Origin: Cyanobacteria bacterium P01_D01_bin.156
GTDB taxonomy: Bacteria; Cyanobacteriota; Cyanobacteriia; Phormidesmidales; Phormidesmidaceae
Direction: 5' to 3'
DNA length: 64,000 bases
Assembly: GCA_039024555.1 (NCBI GenBank)
Contig: JBCCQQ010000010.1
Coordinates: 53,013-117,012, forward strand
Part shown: in pieces, positions 47,260 to 57,651 of the stretch
How positions within the stretch are numbered: the stretch's first letter is position 1
How the letters are laid out: each line of letters opens with the position of its first letter
Notes under the pieces: generated by a model
Seen by the model: only the letters and a program-made list of their open reading frames with translations
What the model was told of the DNA's origin: nothing
Databases searched by the model: none
Position numbers and translations under genes: made by a program

Positions 47260-48921
47260 ATGCCCTTTCAGAACAACTACGCCAATCTCGTTACCGAAAA
47301 GCCCCAGGCCCATACCCGTCTGATCCGAGATTATGACGGTGCCAACAAAGACTTTGATTTTATTATTATTGGTTCTGGAATCGGCGGTGGCATTCTAGCT
47401 GACGATCTTGCAGATCGCTTAGGGGGCAGCCATCGAATTTTAGTCTTGGATGCAGGCTCGTTTGTCTATCCTACCCATGTCTACAATGTTAGTCGGGTTC
47501 CCAACTTTGCTGTGGCCAGACACTTTGGTGTTGACAACTTTCAGCAGCCTGCTTCCGATCAACATTTTATTGGTGAGAAACCTCAATTAGCCTTTGGTGG
47601 GCGGTCTATTTTCTGGTCCGGTCTAATTCCAGAACCCCAATCCTGGGAAATGGATTTCTTTCCAGATGGCGTGCGTCAGGATTTAACGTCGGAGTACTTT
47701 AACGTTGCTGCCGACCGCATGAATGAGTCTGTTTCTTTAGGGGAAAAGGCCCAGGAAATTGTCAGACATTTTCAAAACAGCCCTCTTAATGATGACTTTG
47801 TTATCAAAGAAGCCCCCCGTGCTCTGCACCAGCCCTACCTCAATCCCGATGGCACTCCTCGGGACCAGTTTTTTGTAGAACCTACCGGAGTGTTTAATAC
47901 AGCTGAACTGTTGATTAACCAGGTGGGGTTAACCCCAGGGGCTAACCAGGATGGTAATGGACTCTTTATTAAGCTCAACAGTTTTGTAGAGTCCATTAAC
48001 AATATCCCCTTTGACTGGTATGAGGTTAAAACCACTGACACCATTACTGGAGAACAAGTTAGCTTTTATTCGCCCAAGGTGATTGTTGCGGCAGGTTCTA
48101 CGGAAAGTCCCAAGCTGATCAATCGCTCTACGGTGTATCAGACCATGCCTGATAGCGTTAAGCAGCGTGTCGGCTTCGGTTTAACCGATCATCCCGTTAC
48201 AGGAGAATCCCAGGCCTATGTTTCCTCACTGGGGAATGTTGCCCTGAGCCGGAGTGACCATGCCAAAATCATCTTTTACTCAAAGGGTAATCGCGATGCT
48301 AATGGTCATGTGAAATTTCCTTTCAATATTGAAATGAATATCAACCATGAATACTGGCATTTAAGAAACAACGATCCTTCCGCGGAACCGGTTGTTGATG
48401 ACACTAGCAAAACCCGTATTGACATTAAGTTTAGTTTTGCCAATTGTTTGGATGATGAAAATGGTATTTTCTCCCATGCTGATGATGGCTACATTCCAGA
48501 CATTGTCTTTAAGCGCTTTTCCGGCTTGGATGACTTGTTGCAGTCTCGCTTTCCAGCTCTTGCAGGCTGGCAAATAGGACAGCAAGACTTTTTCAACTTA
48601 CTCAATCAAACCAGGAATCGCGTTTTTGCAGAGTTCACTAATGTAGACGTGATTACCGGTGAGTACGGCGGTGGTTCTGGCCAGCAGTGGCCCTTTGGTT
48701 GGGGCACCGTACACCATGCTTGCGGTACGTTGCGCATGCCTTGGAAAGCAAATCGTAATGCTGGCTTTAACACTGAGTCCGTTGTGGATGAAGACCTCAA
48801 GGTGCGGGGCTCAGCTGGACTGTACGTGTGCGACATGTCGGTGATGCCCATTAGCACCGCGGCTAATCCTGTTCGTGCCCTTGCAGGACTTGCGCTGCGG
48901 CTATCTCAGCATCTGGGTTAA
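47260..48921 (+). CDS. GMC-family FAD oxidoreductase
   Basis: FDFIIIGSGIGGG, GGRSIFWSG, VAAGSTESPKL, GLTDH, HHACGTLRM, LYVCDMSVMP...ANP. Confidence 0.88.
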   Translation: MPFQNNYANLVTEKPQAHTRLIRDYDGANKDFDFIIIGSGIGGGILADDLADRLGGSHRILVLDAGSFVYPTHVYNVSRVPNFAVARHFGVDNFQQPASDQHFIGEKPQLAFGGRSIFWSGLIPEPQSWEMDFFPDGVRQDLTSEYFNVAADRMNESVSLGEKAQEIVRHFQNSPLNDDFVIKEAPRALHQPYLNPDGTPRDQFFVEPTGVFNTAELLINQVGLTPGANQDGNGLFIKLNSFVESINNIPFDWYEVKTTDTITGEQVSFYSPKVIVAAGSTESPKLINRSTVYQTMPDSVKQRVGFGLTDHPVTGESQAYVSSLGNVALSRSDHAKIIFYSKGNRDANGHVKFPFNIEMNINHEYWHLRNNDPSAEPVVDDTSKTRIDIKFSFANCLDDENGIFSHADDGYIPDIVFKRFSGLDDLLQSRFPALAGWQIGQQDFFNLLNQTRNRVFAEFTNVDVITGEYGGGSGQQWPFGWGTVHHACGTLRMPWKANRNAGFNTESVVDEDLKVRGSAGLYVCDMSVMPISTAANPVRALAGLALRLSQHLG

Positions 48922-48996
48922 ACCTGTGACATAACCCATAAAAATTGCTGTTGTTGAGGACGGCTTCATGCCATACCTTGAATCAGTAACAGCTAT

Positions 48997-49033
48997 CCAT
49001 TGGCAGATCAGGGTTTACTGGGTCTGCCAATGG
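48997..49033. terminator. Hairpin between convergent GMC and GNAT genes
   Basis: CCATTGGCAGA...TCTGCCAATGG. Confidence 0.65.
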
Positions 49034-49078
49034 TGTTCATGGCCCTGAGAAACATGTGTGCCAGTATATGTGGGCACC

Positions 49079-49615
49079 TTAATCAACCCTTGATTGCTTA
49101 ACTTGGGTAACCATTATTAAGTCTCGCTGTGGGTCGTTGCCAAATTGAAATACATGTTCCCCCACCACGTCGAATCCGTACTTGCGATAAAATGCGATCG
49201 CTCTCGGATTCTGCTCCCACACACCCAGCCAAATGTAGTCTGCGCCAGTGTGTGCTGCTGTAGAAAACACCTGATCCATCATTTGTTGGGCCACGCCTCG
49301 GCCGTGCCATTCCTGAGACACATAAAATCGATAGAGTTCAGTAGGGTGGTTGGCAACAACACATTCTTTAGGAGAATGAAGGCGCACCTGGGCAAAGGCC
49401 ACTAGCTGATTGGCTATCGTTGCGAGGAACGTGACATAGTTAGGATGCTGAATTTCTTGCTGCTGTATTTCTGCACCAAAACTTTTGGCACAGTGAAGCT
49501 CCATGTCGGTGGTGTTATCGTCCTCAGTAAACGTGTCCCGAAAGGTGCGCTCTGCTAGATGGGCTAGGGCTACCGCATCTTCTAAGCTGGCCCGTTTAAT
49601 AATTATTTGTTCCAC
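49079..49615 (-). CDS. GNAT acetyltransferase (PaiA-like)
   Basis: TFRDTF, ELYRFYV...GRGVA, IWLGVWEQNPRAIAFYRKYGF, F.FG.D.QRDLIM. Confidence 0.9.
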   Translation of the reverse strand: MEQIIIKRASLEDAVALAHLAERTFRDTFTEDDNTTDMELHCAKSFGAEIQQQEIQHPNYVTFLATIANQLVAFAQVRLHSPKECVVANHPTELYRFYVSQEWHGRGVAQQMMDQVFSTAAHTGADYIWLGVWEQNPRAIAFYRKYGFDVVGEHVFQFGNDPQRDLIMVTQVKQSRVD

Positions 49616-49904
49616 TGATTTCCGTGGGTATTACTACAAATGACACGCCTTAAACATTAATCAAACTAGCAGATTCAGCCCTTTGTACGTCAAAAGAAAA
49701 GCCGTTGCTGATTTAGAGGATGCAACTATCTGTACACCCGTCCAGAGTTCTGGATTTGGCAGATAAAATCATCCCGAGGATCAGCAACGCCAAAGAAAAT
49801 GGCCGCAATCGTGTAGAAAGATCTGACTCGGGTGTGAGCGCTAGACGTCAGCGGACATTTACCTACCCGATGTCTGAGCAAATCTTTGCTAGAAGAGCGC
49901 TGGC

Positions 49905-50318
49905 TTAAAAACCTGTAATCGGTGTGCCATTTAAGAAAATTCTTGGTTCAAGCTCGCAAAGGCCAATTTGAGCATGCCAACGAGACGGAAAGTCCGAATC
50001 GATAAATGTAACTTTGAAGTTTCCCCAGTGATAGGTTTGTTCTCCATCAGTCCCTTCTCTATAGGTGTCACAACGCATAGAAGAGGACTCTTGTGCCCAG
50101 TACCCGGTATAGGAACCCCGGTCGGTATACACGCCTGCTAAACCATCTATAAAAATGATGCCATCGTCACCATAGGTCCAAATAGCAGTTCTATTGCGGT
50201 CTTCCTGGTAGATTACATCGTATTCTTCTGTTGACCAAACTTCATCTGCTAAAGCTTTTTGGGGTGCCAATGCGCTAACGATTAAGGCTAGGGGGACTAA
50301 AAGGAAGTTTGTCTTCAT
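49905..50318 (-). CDS. Secreted hypothetical protein
   Basis: Signal peptide ending ALA/DE; beta-rich domain with two Cys. Confidence 0.75.
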   Translation of the reverse strand: MKTNFLLVPLALIVSALAPQKALADEVWSTEEYDVIYQEDRNRTAIWTYGDDGIIFIDGLAGVYTDRGSYTGYWAQESSSMRCDTYREGTDGEQTYHWGNFKVTFIDSDFPSRWHAQIGLCELEPRIFLNGTPITGF

Positions 50319-50593
50319 GTTGATGCGATCTAGAGGATAATGACGTCAGTTTATCTGGGAAGAGTACTAAAACACCTAAGTTCAGCAAAATGTTAAAGAA
50401 CGTCAGGTATTGTACATCTTTGAGATGATTTTAGTTTTCAAACTCTAAACGTTGCCAGGTTTTGCAGATTGTTTTATTCTCCAACCCAGCAACGGTGAAA
50501 AAACAATAGCTGTGGCATATAAAGCTTTTAACGAGATCACTAGGGCTTGAATGATGGGTCCCTCAGGTCCTTCGCTATAATTTATCTAAAACC

Positions 50594-51053
50594 ATGACAA
50601 CAACCCATGTAACATGGCACGATTATTCAAGGCTATGGCGTTGCCTCGGGTCAGGGAGGAGATCGACGTTTTCCTGGCGGCACTCTTCGTCTACAGCAGC
50701 CCGTATTTGCCACCTATGGTCTCAATCTTGAGAGATACTTCCCCGGCACTTTGAATGTATCGATTCAGCCCTATCAATACCAAATCAAGCATGCCAAACA
50801 TACCTTTAGACAGGTAAAGTGGGCCGAGAGTGCTCCTCCGGAAGACTTTTCTTTTTTTGATTGTTGGCTCACTGTAGGGACGCAGAAGCGTCTTCCAGGA
50901 TTAGTGTACTACCCCCATCCAGAAACAAAGCCAGAACATTTTCAGGGTGCGGCCACCCTGGAAGTGATGACACAATTTATTGATGGCTTGAGCTATGGTA
51001 TGGAGATTAATCTAGAACTGGATAATAGTCAGATTCAGGTATGGCATAGATAA
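50594..51053 (+). pseudogene. Frameshifted gene for a CTP-dependent riboflavin-kinase-like protein
   Basis: ATG 50594 gives MTTTHVT. One extra base near 50615 shifts to GTIIQGYGVASGQ...YFPGTLNVSI...YYPHPETKP.HFQ...LEV, and that second frame has TAA just upstream. Could be a sequencing error. Confidence 0.65.
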
Positions 51054-51116
51054 GGTATTAATCGAGGAGAGATTCTCTCAGCACAAGGATTAGATCTGGT
51101 TTAGAAACGGGTGCAG

Positions 51117-52094
51117 TTAAGCCATGGCTAAATCTGGTTGCATCATTTGGTTGTACCCCTTGGCTGAAAGAGACATTCTTTGCACAGGGCCCACACCGGC
51201 ACGATTTAAAATTTCCGGAATCAAATCTTCGCGGCGGATGGCCATAATGTGCACTCCCTGACATGAATTCTTGGCTTGTTTGACCTGTTCCGAGGCAATG
51301 GTGATGCCTTCTTGTAAGGGATCCTCTGCCGCAGCCAGGCGATTGATCAACTCATCTGGGATTTGGACACCGGGAACATTACGATTCAAGAAAGCTGCGT
51401 TCTTGGCGGATTTAAGCAGGAAAATACCGGCTAATACAGGTTTTTTAGAGGGGACTGCAATCTGGGTCATAAATTTATCCAGAGAGTCAAAGTCGGAGAT
51501 TAACTGACTCTGGAAAAACTGAGCCCCGGCTTCCACCTTGCGCTCAAATCGCTTTTGTAAACCGGACCAGCTAGGGCACTGGGGGTCTACAGCAGCGCCT
51601 GCAAAAATGTCGAGAGCACCGTTGGGCAGTGGTTTCTTGTTAAAGTCCATGCCTTGATTCAAGAGTCCAATGGTGCGCAGTAACCGAACAGATTCCAGAT
51701 CAAATACGCCACGGGCTTTGGGGTTATCCCCAGCTTTGACCGGGTCGCCAGTGAGAGCCAGGATGTTATGAATACCTAGAGCGTGGGCTCCCATTAAATC
51801 TGCCTGGAGAGCAATGCGGTTGCGATCGCGACAGGCCATCTGACAAATCGGTTCAATGCCTTCCTGCTTGAGCAAGACTGCCGATGCTAGTGACGACATC
51901 CGCATCACCGCCCGGCTCCCATCGGTGATATTCACCCCGTGCACCCGTCCCTTCAATAACTTCGCCATTTCCACCATATGGCTGGGATCGCCGCCTTTAG
52001 GGGGCATCACTTCAGCGGTGATCAGAAATTGGTTAGCTGCGATCGCAGACTGTAAAAGGGAGGGGACCGACTGGGAGCCGTGAGTCATGGTCAT
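51117..52094 (-). CDS. metF: Methylenetetrahydrofolate reductase
   Basis: TAEVMPPKG, NITDGSRA, CRDRNRIALQ, LALTGDP, KVEAGAQFFQSQ, GVHIMA. Confidence 0.92.
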   Translation of the reverse strand: MTMTHGSQSVPSLLQSAIAANQFLITAEVMPPKGGDPSHMVEMAKLLKGRVHGVNITDGSRAVMRMSSLASAVLLKQEGIEPICQMACRDRNRIALQADLMGAHALGIHNILALTGDPVKAGDNPKARGVFDLESVRLLRTIGLLNQGMDFNKKPLPNGALDIFAGAAVDPQCPSWSGLQKRFERKVEAGAQFFQSQLISDFDSLDKFMTQIAVPSKKPVLAGIFLLKSAKNAAFLNRNVPGVQIPDELINRLAAAEDPLQEGITIASEQVKQAKNSCQGVHIMAIRREDLIPEILNRAGVGPVQRMSLSAKGYNQMMQPDLAMA

Positions 52095-52201
52095 TAAAAA
52101 CGTATTTATTATCTAACGTGAAATCATAGGCGGTATCCCTGGTCGGGGATATGTCTATGGTACGAGACCCTGCCTATGGTTTCAGCTACCCGTTCCATTG
52201 C

Positions 52202-53212
52202 CTATAGCGGTCTAGCATAGCCTAGGGCATCTTTCACCTTGGCCAGGGTCTGATTGGCAATCACAGCCGCTTTTTCATTACCTTGCTTCAGGACCGATTC
52301 TAAATAACTTCGATCATCCATCAGGGCCTGATACTTTTCTTGGATGGGTTGGAGGGCTGCGATCGCAGTTTCAGTCAGCAGTGGCTTAAACTGTCCCCAG
52401 CCCATATCGGCACATTCAGCCGTCACCGCATCTTTTTCTTTGCCCGACAGCAGCATATAAAGCGTCAGCAGGTTATTACACTCAGGCCGCTCCGGGTTAC
52501 CAAACTCTAGACCGCGCATGGGGTCCGTCTTACATTTTTTGATTTTCTTCTTAATCAAATCCGGCGTATCGCCAATTTCAATCCGACTCAGTTCTGATGG
52601 GTCCGATTTCGACATCTTTTTCGCACCGTCCGTCAGACTCATCACCCGTGCCCCATCCGTGCGAATCAGCGCATCAGGCACCTTTAGCACCGGTTCCTTT
52701 TTTTTGCCAAACTGGTGATTTAATCGCACCGCAATATCGCGTGTCAGCTCAATGTGCTGCTTCTGGTCTTCACCAACGGGCACCAAGTCCGGCTCATATA
52801 GCAAAATATCTGCCGACTGCAGTACCGGATAGTCCAACAGACCAACGCTGACATTTTCACCCTGCTTTACCGCCTTCTCCTTAAACTGAATCATTCGCTC
52901 CAGCCAGTTCAAAGGCGTAATGCAGTTAAACAACCAGGCCAGCTCACTATGGGCGCTGATGTGGGACTGGACAAAAATAGTAGAGCGGTCTGGGTCAATG
53001 CCACAGGCTAAATAGGCTGCCGCTACCTTGTAGGTGTTTTCCGCCAGCAGCTTTGGGTCATGGGGCACCGTAATGGCATGGAGATCCGCCAGAAAAAGGA
53101 AGCACTCGTACTCATCCTGCATCCCCACCCAGTTACGAATCGCTCCTAGATAGTTTCCCAAATGTAGATTGCCAGTGGTCTGAATGCCCGAAAGAATCCG
53201 CTTTTTAGTCAT
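52202..53212 (-). CDS. trpS: Tryptophanyl-tRNA synthetase
   Basis: SGIQTTGNLHLGNYLG, YPVLQSADIL, VPVGEDQKQH, KMSKS. Confidence 0.97.
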   Translation of the reverse strand: MTKKRILSGIQTTGNLHLGNYLGAIRNWVGMQDEYECFLFLADLHAITVPHDPKLLAENTYKVAAAYLACGIDPDRSTIFVQSHISAHSELAWLFNCITPLNWLERMIQFKEKAVKQGENVSVGLLDYPVLQSADILLYEPDLVPVGEDQKQHIELTRDIAVRLNHQFGKKKEPVLKVPDALIRTDGARVMSLTDGAKKMSKSDPSELSRIEIGDTPDLIKKKIKKCKTDPMRGLEFGNPERPECNNLLTLYMLLSGKEKDAVTAECADMGWGQFKPLLTETAIAALQPIQEKYQALMDDRSYLESVLKQGNEKAAVIANQTLAKVKDALGYARPL

Positions 53213-53346
53213 GAATTAGATATGGGAAAACAAGGGAAAGTGTAGACATCGAAGACAAAGGCTTCTGAAAGATTTTATAGGACTACCGAAGCTTTCTGAA
53301 CCCACCCCCTTATGATGTAAAATCGCCTACCTGCTTTCTAATACCC

Positions 53347-53739
53347 ATGGCCAAGTGGACCCTCAAGACAGAATTTACCTTTGATGCTGCACATTTCATA
53401 AAAGACTACGACGGTCCCTGCGGTCGTATGCATGGTCATAGCTATCGGGTGCGCATGGAGGCCGCTGCCCCCAAACTCCACAGTTCCGAATATTGTCCCC
53501 ACGAAGTCATGGTGACCGATTTTCGCACACTGCGCTGGGCTAAACGAGATGTGGAAAAAGGCGGTCTGGACCACTGCGTTCTGAATGACGTTATGCCCGA
53601 GGAGTATGAAACTACAGCGGAAATGATTGCCAAGTTTATCTACGACAAAACCAAAAAAGATTTGCCCGAAAGCATCACCCTCAAAGTTTCCGTGTCTGAA
53701 ACACCCGGTTCCTGGGCCGAATACGAGGACGATGAGTGA
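53347..53739 (+). CDS. queD: 6-carboxytetrahydropterin synthase
   Basis: FDAAH, C.RMHGHSY, LDHCVLN, TTAEMIA, VSETP. Confidence 0.93.
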   Translation: MAKWTLKTEFTFDAAHFIKDYDGPCGRMHGHSYRVRMEAAAPKLHSSEYCPHEVMVTDFRTLRWAKRDVEKGGLDHCVLNDVMPEEYETTAEMIAKFIYDKTKKDLPESITLKVSVSETPGSWAEYEDDE

Positions 53740-54404
53740 TGGTTAAAGCAATGGACCGTAGTAGGCTGGGCACGACCCACCATCCTCAAGACATTAACCA
53801 TTCAACGAATATTCAGCAAACGTATCCGATTGTCGAAACGTTCCATTCGGTGCAGGGTGAAGGCATGTGGACAGGCACCAGCGCCTTCTTTATCCGTCTG
53901 GCTGGCTGTGATGTGGGCTGTCCCTGGTGCGATACCAAGATTTCCTGGAGCACAAAGCCCCATGGCAAAGTAGCCATTACTGATTTGGTCCAGCGGGCCA
54001 AGGCAGCCCAGCCCTTTATGGTGGTGATTACCGGTGGTGAACCGTTGATGCACGACCTCACACCCTTGACTGACGCTTTAAAGGCATCAGGCTTGCGTAT
54101 CCATTTAGAAACTTCAGGAGCCCATTCCCTCAGCGGTCAATTTGACTGGATTTCCCTATCTCCAAAACGATTTAAGCCCCCCCAGCTGGACATTTATCCT
54201 CTCGCCCAAGAACTCAAGGTCGTGATTTCCAATGCGGAAGATTTGGCCTGGGCCGAGGCACAAGCAGAGCAGGTTTCCGAGACTACGGTAAAACTGCTCC
54301 AGCCAGAATGGACTGGTGGTCAGCAGCTCGTATTTGACTATATAAAACAGCATCCTAGCTGGCGCATCAGTTTACAAACTCACAAATTCCTAGGTGTGAG
54401 ATAA
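53736..54404 (+). CDS. queE: 7-carboxy-7-deazaguanine synthase (radical SAM)
   Basis: ETFHSVQGEG, FIRLAGCDVGCPWCDT, TGGEP, SLQTHK. Confidence 0.95.
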   Translation: MMVKAMDRSRLGTTHHPQDINHSTNIQQTYPIVETFHSVQGEGMWTGTSAFFIRLAGCDVGCPWCDTKISWSTKPHGKVAITDLVQRAKAAQPFMVVITGGEPLMHDLTPLTDALKASGLRIHLETSGAHSLSGQFDWISLSPKRFKPPQLDIYPLAQELKVVISNAEDLAWAEAQAEQVSETTVKLLQPEWTGGQQLVFDYIKQHPSWRISLQTHKFLGVR

Positions 54405-54438
54405 AAGCCATCCCTGGTCCACCTCAAAACATACAACC

Positions 54439-54471
54439 CTGTAGGGGCTGGCCTTGTGGGTATCCCTACAG
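54439..54471. repeat. REP-like palindrome (GTAG-type)
   Basis: CTGTAGGGGCTGGCCTTGTGGGTATCCCTACAG; GTAGGG...CCCTAC stem. Confidence 0.6.
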
Positions 54472-54517
54472 AATTGTCCATTTTTAACCTAATTTTTGGC
54501 AGTAGATAAACAATCCC

Positions 54518-55189
54518 ATGAAAAAAGCTGTTGTTTTGTTATCCGGTGGTTTAGATTCTGCCACCGCTGCAGCCCAGGCCATTGCTGATGGTTATGATGT
54601 CATCGCCTTGTCGTTTCGCTATGGGCAGCGCCATGGACGTGAACTGGTGGCAGCCAAGGTGATTGTGGGGCATTTAGGCATTACTCAACACTTTATTGTG
54701 GATGTGAACCTTTCCCAGTGGGGAGGCTCTTCTCTAACGGAATCACATCGGGCACTACCCCAGGATGGTATAATGCCCGATGTGATTCCGTCTACCTATG
54801 TACCAGGGAGAAACACGGTATTTATCTCATTAGCGCTCTCCTTGGCAGAAGCTCAGGAAGCCGAAGCAATTTACCTCGGTATTAATGCGGTAGATTATTC
54901 AGGCTATCCAGACTGTCGGCCTGAATACTTAGAAGCGTTTCAAAAACTGGCAAATCTCTCTTCGAAAGTAGGTGTTGAGGGTAAACCAATTGAACTAAAA
55001 GCGCCCCTAGTAATGGATTCAAAAGTGGATATTGTAAAGCGGGCAGTGGAATTGGGTGTACCTATTCCACAAACCTGGTCCTGCTATGCGGGGGGAGAAT
55101 CCCCCTGTGGTAAATGCGATTCCTGTCGCATTCGCGATCAGGCATTGATCGAAGCAGGCTACCCCCAATGGGCTACAAAACATAATTGA
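54518..55189 (+). CDS. queC: 7-cyano-7-deazaguanine synthase
   Basis: SGGLDS, YGQRH, TYVPGRN, YPDCR, TWSCY...CGKCDSC. Confidence 0.96.
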   Translation: MKKAVVLLSGGLDSATAAAQAIADGYDVIALSFRYGQRHGRELVAAKVIVGHLGITQHFIVDVNLSQWGGSSLTESHRALPQDGIMPDVIPSTYVPGRNTVFISLALSLAEAQEAEAIYLGINAVDYSGYPDCRPEYLEAFQKLANLSSKVGVEGKPIELKAPLVMDSKVDIVKRAVELGVPIPQTWSCYAGGESPCGKCDSCRIRDQALIEAGYPQWATKHN

Positions 55190-55450
55190 GTTAGCGCCTT
55201 CTCAAACTGAGCATCTCCCTGCGGTTGGCTTGAATGAGCCACCACGGAGCGCTTTATATTGTTTGTGTGCAAGCACCGTTGTTTGAGGTTTGATTGCAGC
55301 TACGGACGGGCATATTTAACCTGTGGGTTTGTAGAAAATGAATATCAAGCGATTTATCATCCTTGCCAACAAGTATCCGTAGACTTTATTCGAATTACTG
55401 CCTAAATCAACTTCGGAGCAGAATACCTTTTTTGCATTACCAACATAATT

Positions 55451-57367
55451 ATGAAAAAACTTAAGTCGCTGAAAGCGGCTTATCAACAGCTTCCTCTACA
55501 TTGGAAAATAAACGTTCCTTTTATTGTCACTTATTTGGGAATTTGGACACTGGGAACTGTTTTAGTGGCCTGTATTTTTTCTGATTATCTAGAACGCAGA
55601 CAGGAACAAAGGCTCCATACCTTGTCTGACCTAGTTGTTCAGGAGTTTAATGACACCCTGGGCAATCTTAGGGAAACCGCTCAGCTTCTCAGCCAGCAAA
55701 AGTCTTTAGAAACGTTATTAGCGGATAACGATAATTCCAATTGGCAACCAGCACTTTGGTCATTCACACCTGTTTTAAACGCTGATATTATCAAAATTTT
55801 CGATAAGGATGGCCTCATACAGCTAAGTTTACGACAGTCAGTCTTACACGATGTTTCTTTAGATTTGACAGACAGCAGAGAACAGCTACTTGCAGGTAAA
55901 TCAAGCTCTAGCCTGGTTAGTGCAAGCGATGCTCTGTTCTACACATTTGTGACCACTCAACCGGTTAACAATGGTTTTGAGCAAGTAGGCGGAGTCTTAA
56001 TCGGCCATGCGTTGACCAACCAAAAGCTTGAACAAATTGCTGATCGAGCCGGAGTTGAACTAGTTGTCTTTGATGGTAATGACCAAATCGCGTCCACATT
56101 TACAGAAAGGGGAGAAAGATTTGATCACCGTCAGACATCTCAAGATATCTCCCAATTAAGTATCCAAAAGACTCCATATCTAGTTAAACATATTGAGATT
56201 TCCAGGTTCGACAACCAAACAATTCCCCTCCTGGTGCTGCAATCTCTGGAACCACTCAAGCAGCTTCAGAAACGATTGTGGTTAACAGCCCTAGGAGTAA
56301 CAATAGTTGGTTCAGGAGTAGTGATTACGATAGGGCACTGGACAGCAAGAAAAATCACACGTCCAGTTCAAGCCATCACTCAAGCAGCTCAGCAAGTTAT
56401 ACAAACCAGTGACTTTAGTCAACTGATATCCGTAACTACCCAAGACGAAGTAGGCATTTTAGCAACGGCGCTCAACCAGCTGATTACTTGGATGCACGAC
56501 CATACAAACGCCTTACGGCAATCGCAAACTGCTCTCAACATAGAAATCGAAGAACGATCGCAAGCTCTACAACAACTTAAAAGAACTCAGACTCAACTCA
56601 TTCAAGCAGAGAAAATGTCTAGTCTGGGAACAATGGTCGCGGGAATTGCCCATGAAATCAATAATCCAATAAATTTTATCTACGGTAATCTAAAATTTAT
56701 TGATGAATACACAACAGATCTATTAAATCTCATCCACCTATTTCGAAAAAAGTATTCAACTCCTGATACTGATATTCAAGCCGAAGTGGACAGAATCGAC
56801 TTACTCTTTATCGAGTCAGATCTTCCTGAAGTCCTCAATTCTATGAAAATTGGCACAGATCGAGTACATGAAATTGTATCTTCTCTAAGAAATTTCTCTC
56901 GATTAGATGAATCTGAGCAAAAAACTGTTAATCTTCAGGATGGCATTGAGAGTACCCTACTAATCTTAAACTATCGCATTAGACGAGGTGTAAAAATCAC
57001 TAAAAACTATGCTGAATCTGGCCTTTTTCACTGTTATCCAGCTCAGCTTAATCAAGTTTTTATGAATATCATCACGAATGCTCTAGACGCACTGGAAAGT
57101 AGTAATGTTGATTCGCCTGAAATTACGATCTGTACAGAAAAAATCAACAATCAAACTATCATTAGGATTAAAGATAATGGCCCTGGAATTCCCGAAGAGA
57201 TTAGATCAAAAATCTTTGATCCCTTTTTTACAACTAAGCCCGTTGGCCAAGGTACGGGCTTAGGGCTGAGTATTTGCTATCAAATTGTCCAGAAGCATTA
57301 TGGCACTTTATCTGTAGAGTCAGTCTTCCCTCAAGGAACAGAGTTTTTCGTTGCACTACCGGCTTGA
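55451..57367 (+). CDS. Membrane sensor histidine kinase (Cache-like periplasmic domain, HAMP, NtrB-type HisKA/HATPase)
   Basis: 2 TM helices, [49 protein letters not shown]. Confidence 0.92.
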   Translation: MKKLKSLKAAYQQLPLHWKINVPFIVTYLGIWTLGTVLVACIFSDYLERRQEQRLHTLSDLVVQEFNDTLGNLRETAQLLSQQKSLETLLADNDNSNWQPALWSFTPVLNADIIKIFDKDGLIQLSLRQSVLHDVSLDLTDSREQLLAGKSSSSLVSASDALFYTFVTTQPVNNGFEQVGGVLIGHALTNQKLEQIADRAGVELVVFDGNDQIASTFTERGERFDHRQTSQDISQLSIQKTPYLVKHIEISRFDNQTIPLLVLQSLEPLKQLQKRLWLTALGVTIVGSGVVITIGHWTARKITRPVQAITQAAQQVIQTSDFSQLISVTTQDEVGILATALNQLITWMHDHTNALRQSQTALNIEIEERSQALQQLKRTQTQLIQAEKMSSLGTMVAGIAHEINNPINFIYGNLKFIDEYTTDLLNLIHLFRKKYSTPDTDIQAEVDRIDLLFIESDLPEVLNSMKIGTDRVHEIVSSLRNFSRLDESEQKTVNLQDGIESTLLILNYRIRRGVKITKNYAESGLFHCYPAQLNQVFMNIITNALDALESSNVDSPEITICTEKINNQTIIRIKDNGPGIPEEIRSKIFDPFFTTKPVGQGTGLGLSICYQIVQKHYGTLSVESVFPQGTEFFVALPA

Positions 57368-57589
57368 CAATGGATTGAAGCTGGTCCTCATGAAGAGACT
57401 TTAGTTGTCAATCATTGAGGCTGTTACCTCAATAAGTATAAAAAGCCGCCCAAGTTGAAGCGTTAATCTGGTGATGTTTGGGAAACAACGTTTCACTGAA
57501 AATGCCTTATAAGAATTGAAATCTCTGTTAGAAATCTTGGTGCAGGACATGATGACGGTATCCTTGGATTATTTAGTCCGTAAAATATT

Positions 57590-57627
57590 GGATTGCTAGG
57601 CTTTGCTAGCTCAACGCCAGCCTACAA
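57590..57627 (-). repeat. REP-like element (GTAGG..GTTGAG..AA.CC type)
   Basis: Minus strand TTGTAGGCTGGCGTTGAGCTAGCAAAGCCTAGCAATC resembles GTAGGTTGGGTTGAG...AAACCCAAC repeats. Confidence 0.45.
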
Positions 57628-57651
57628 TAAAGTTCCTGCAACGTTTTCTGT

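Noticed and set aside
53213..53346. Possible preQ1 riboswitch upstream of queD
   Set aside because: No preQ1-I stem-loop with A-rich tail is visible.
53347..55189. queD-queE-queC as a possible 7-deazaguanine DNA-modification (Dpd) system
   Set aside because: No dpdA/tgt-like or other dpd genes nearby and the flanking gene is trpS; ordinary queuosine-precursor synthesis is the simpler explanation.
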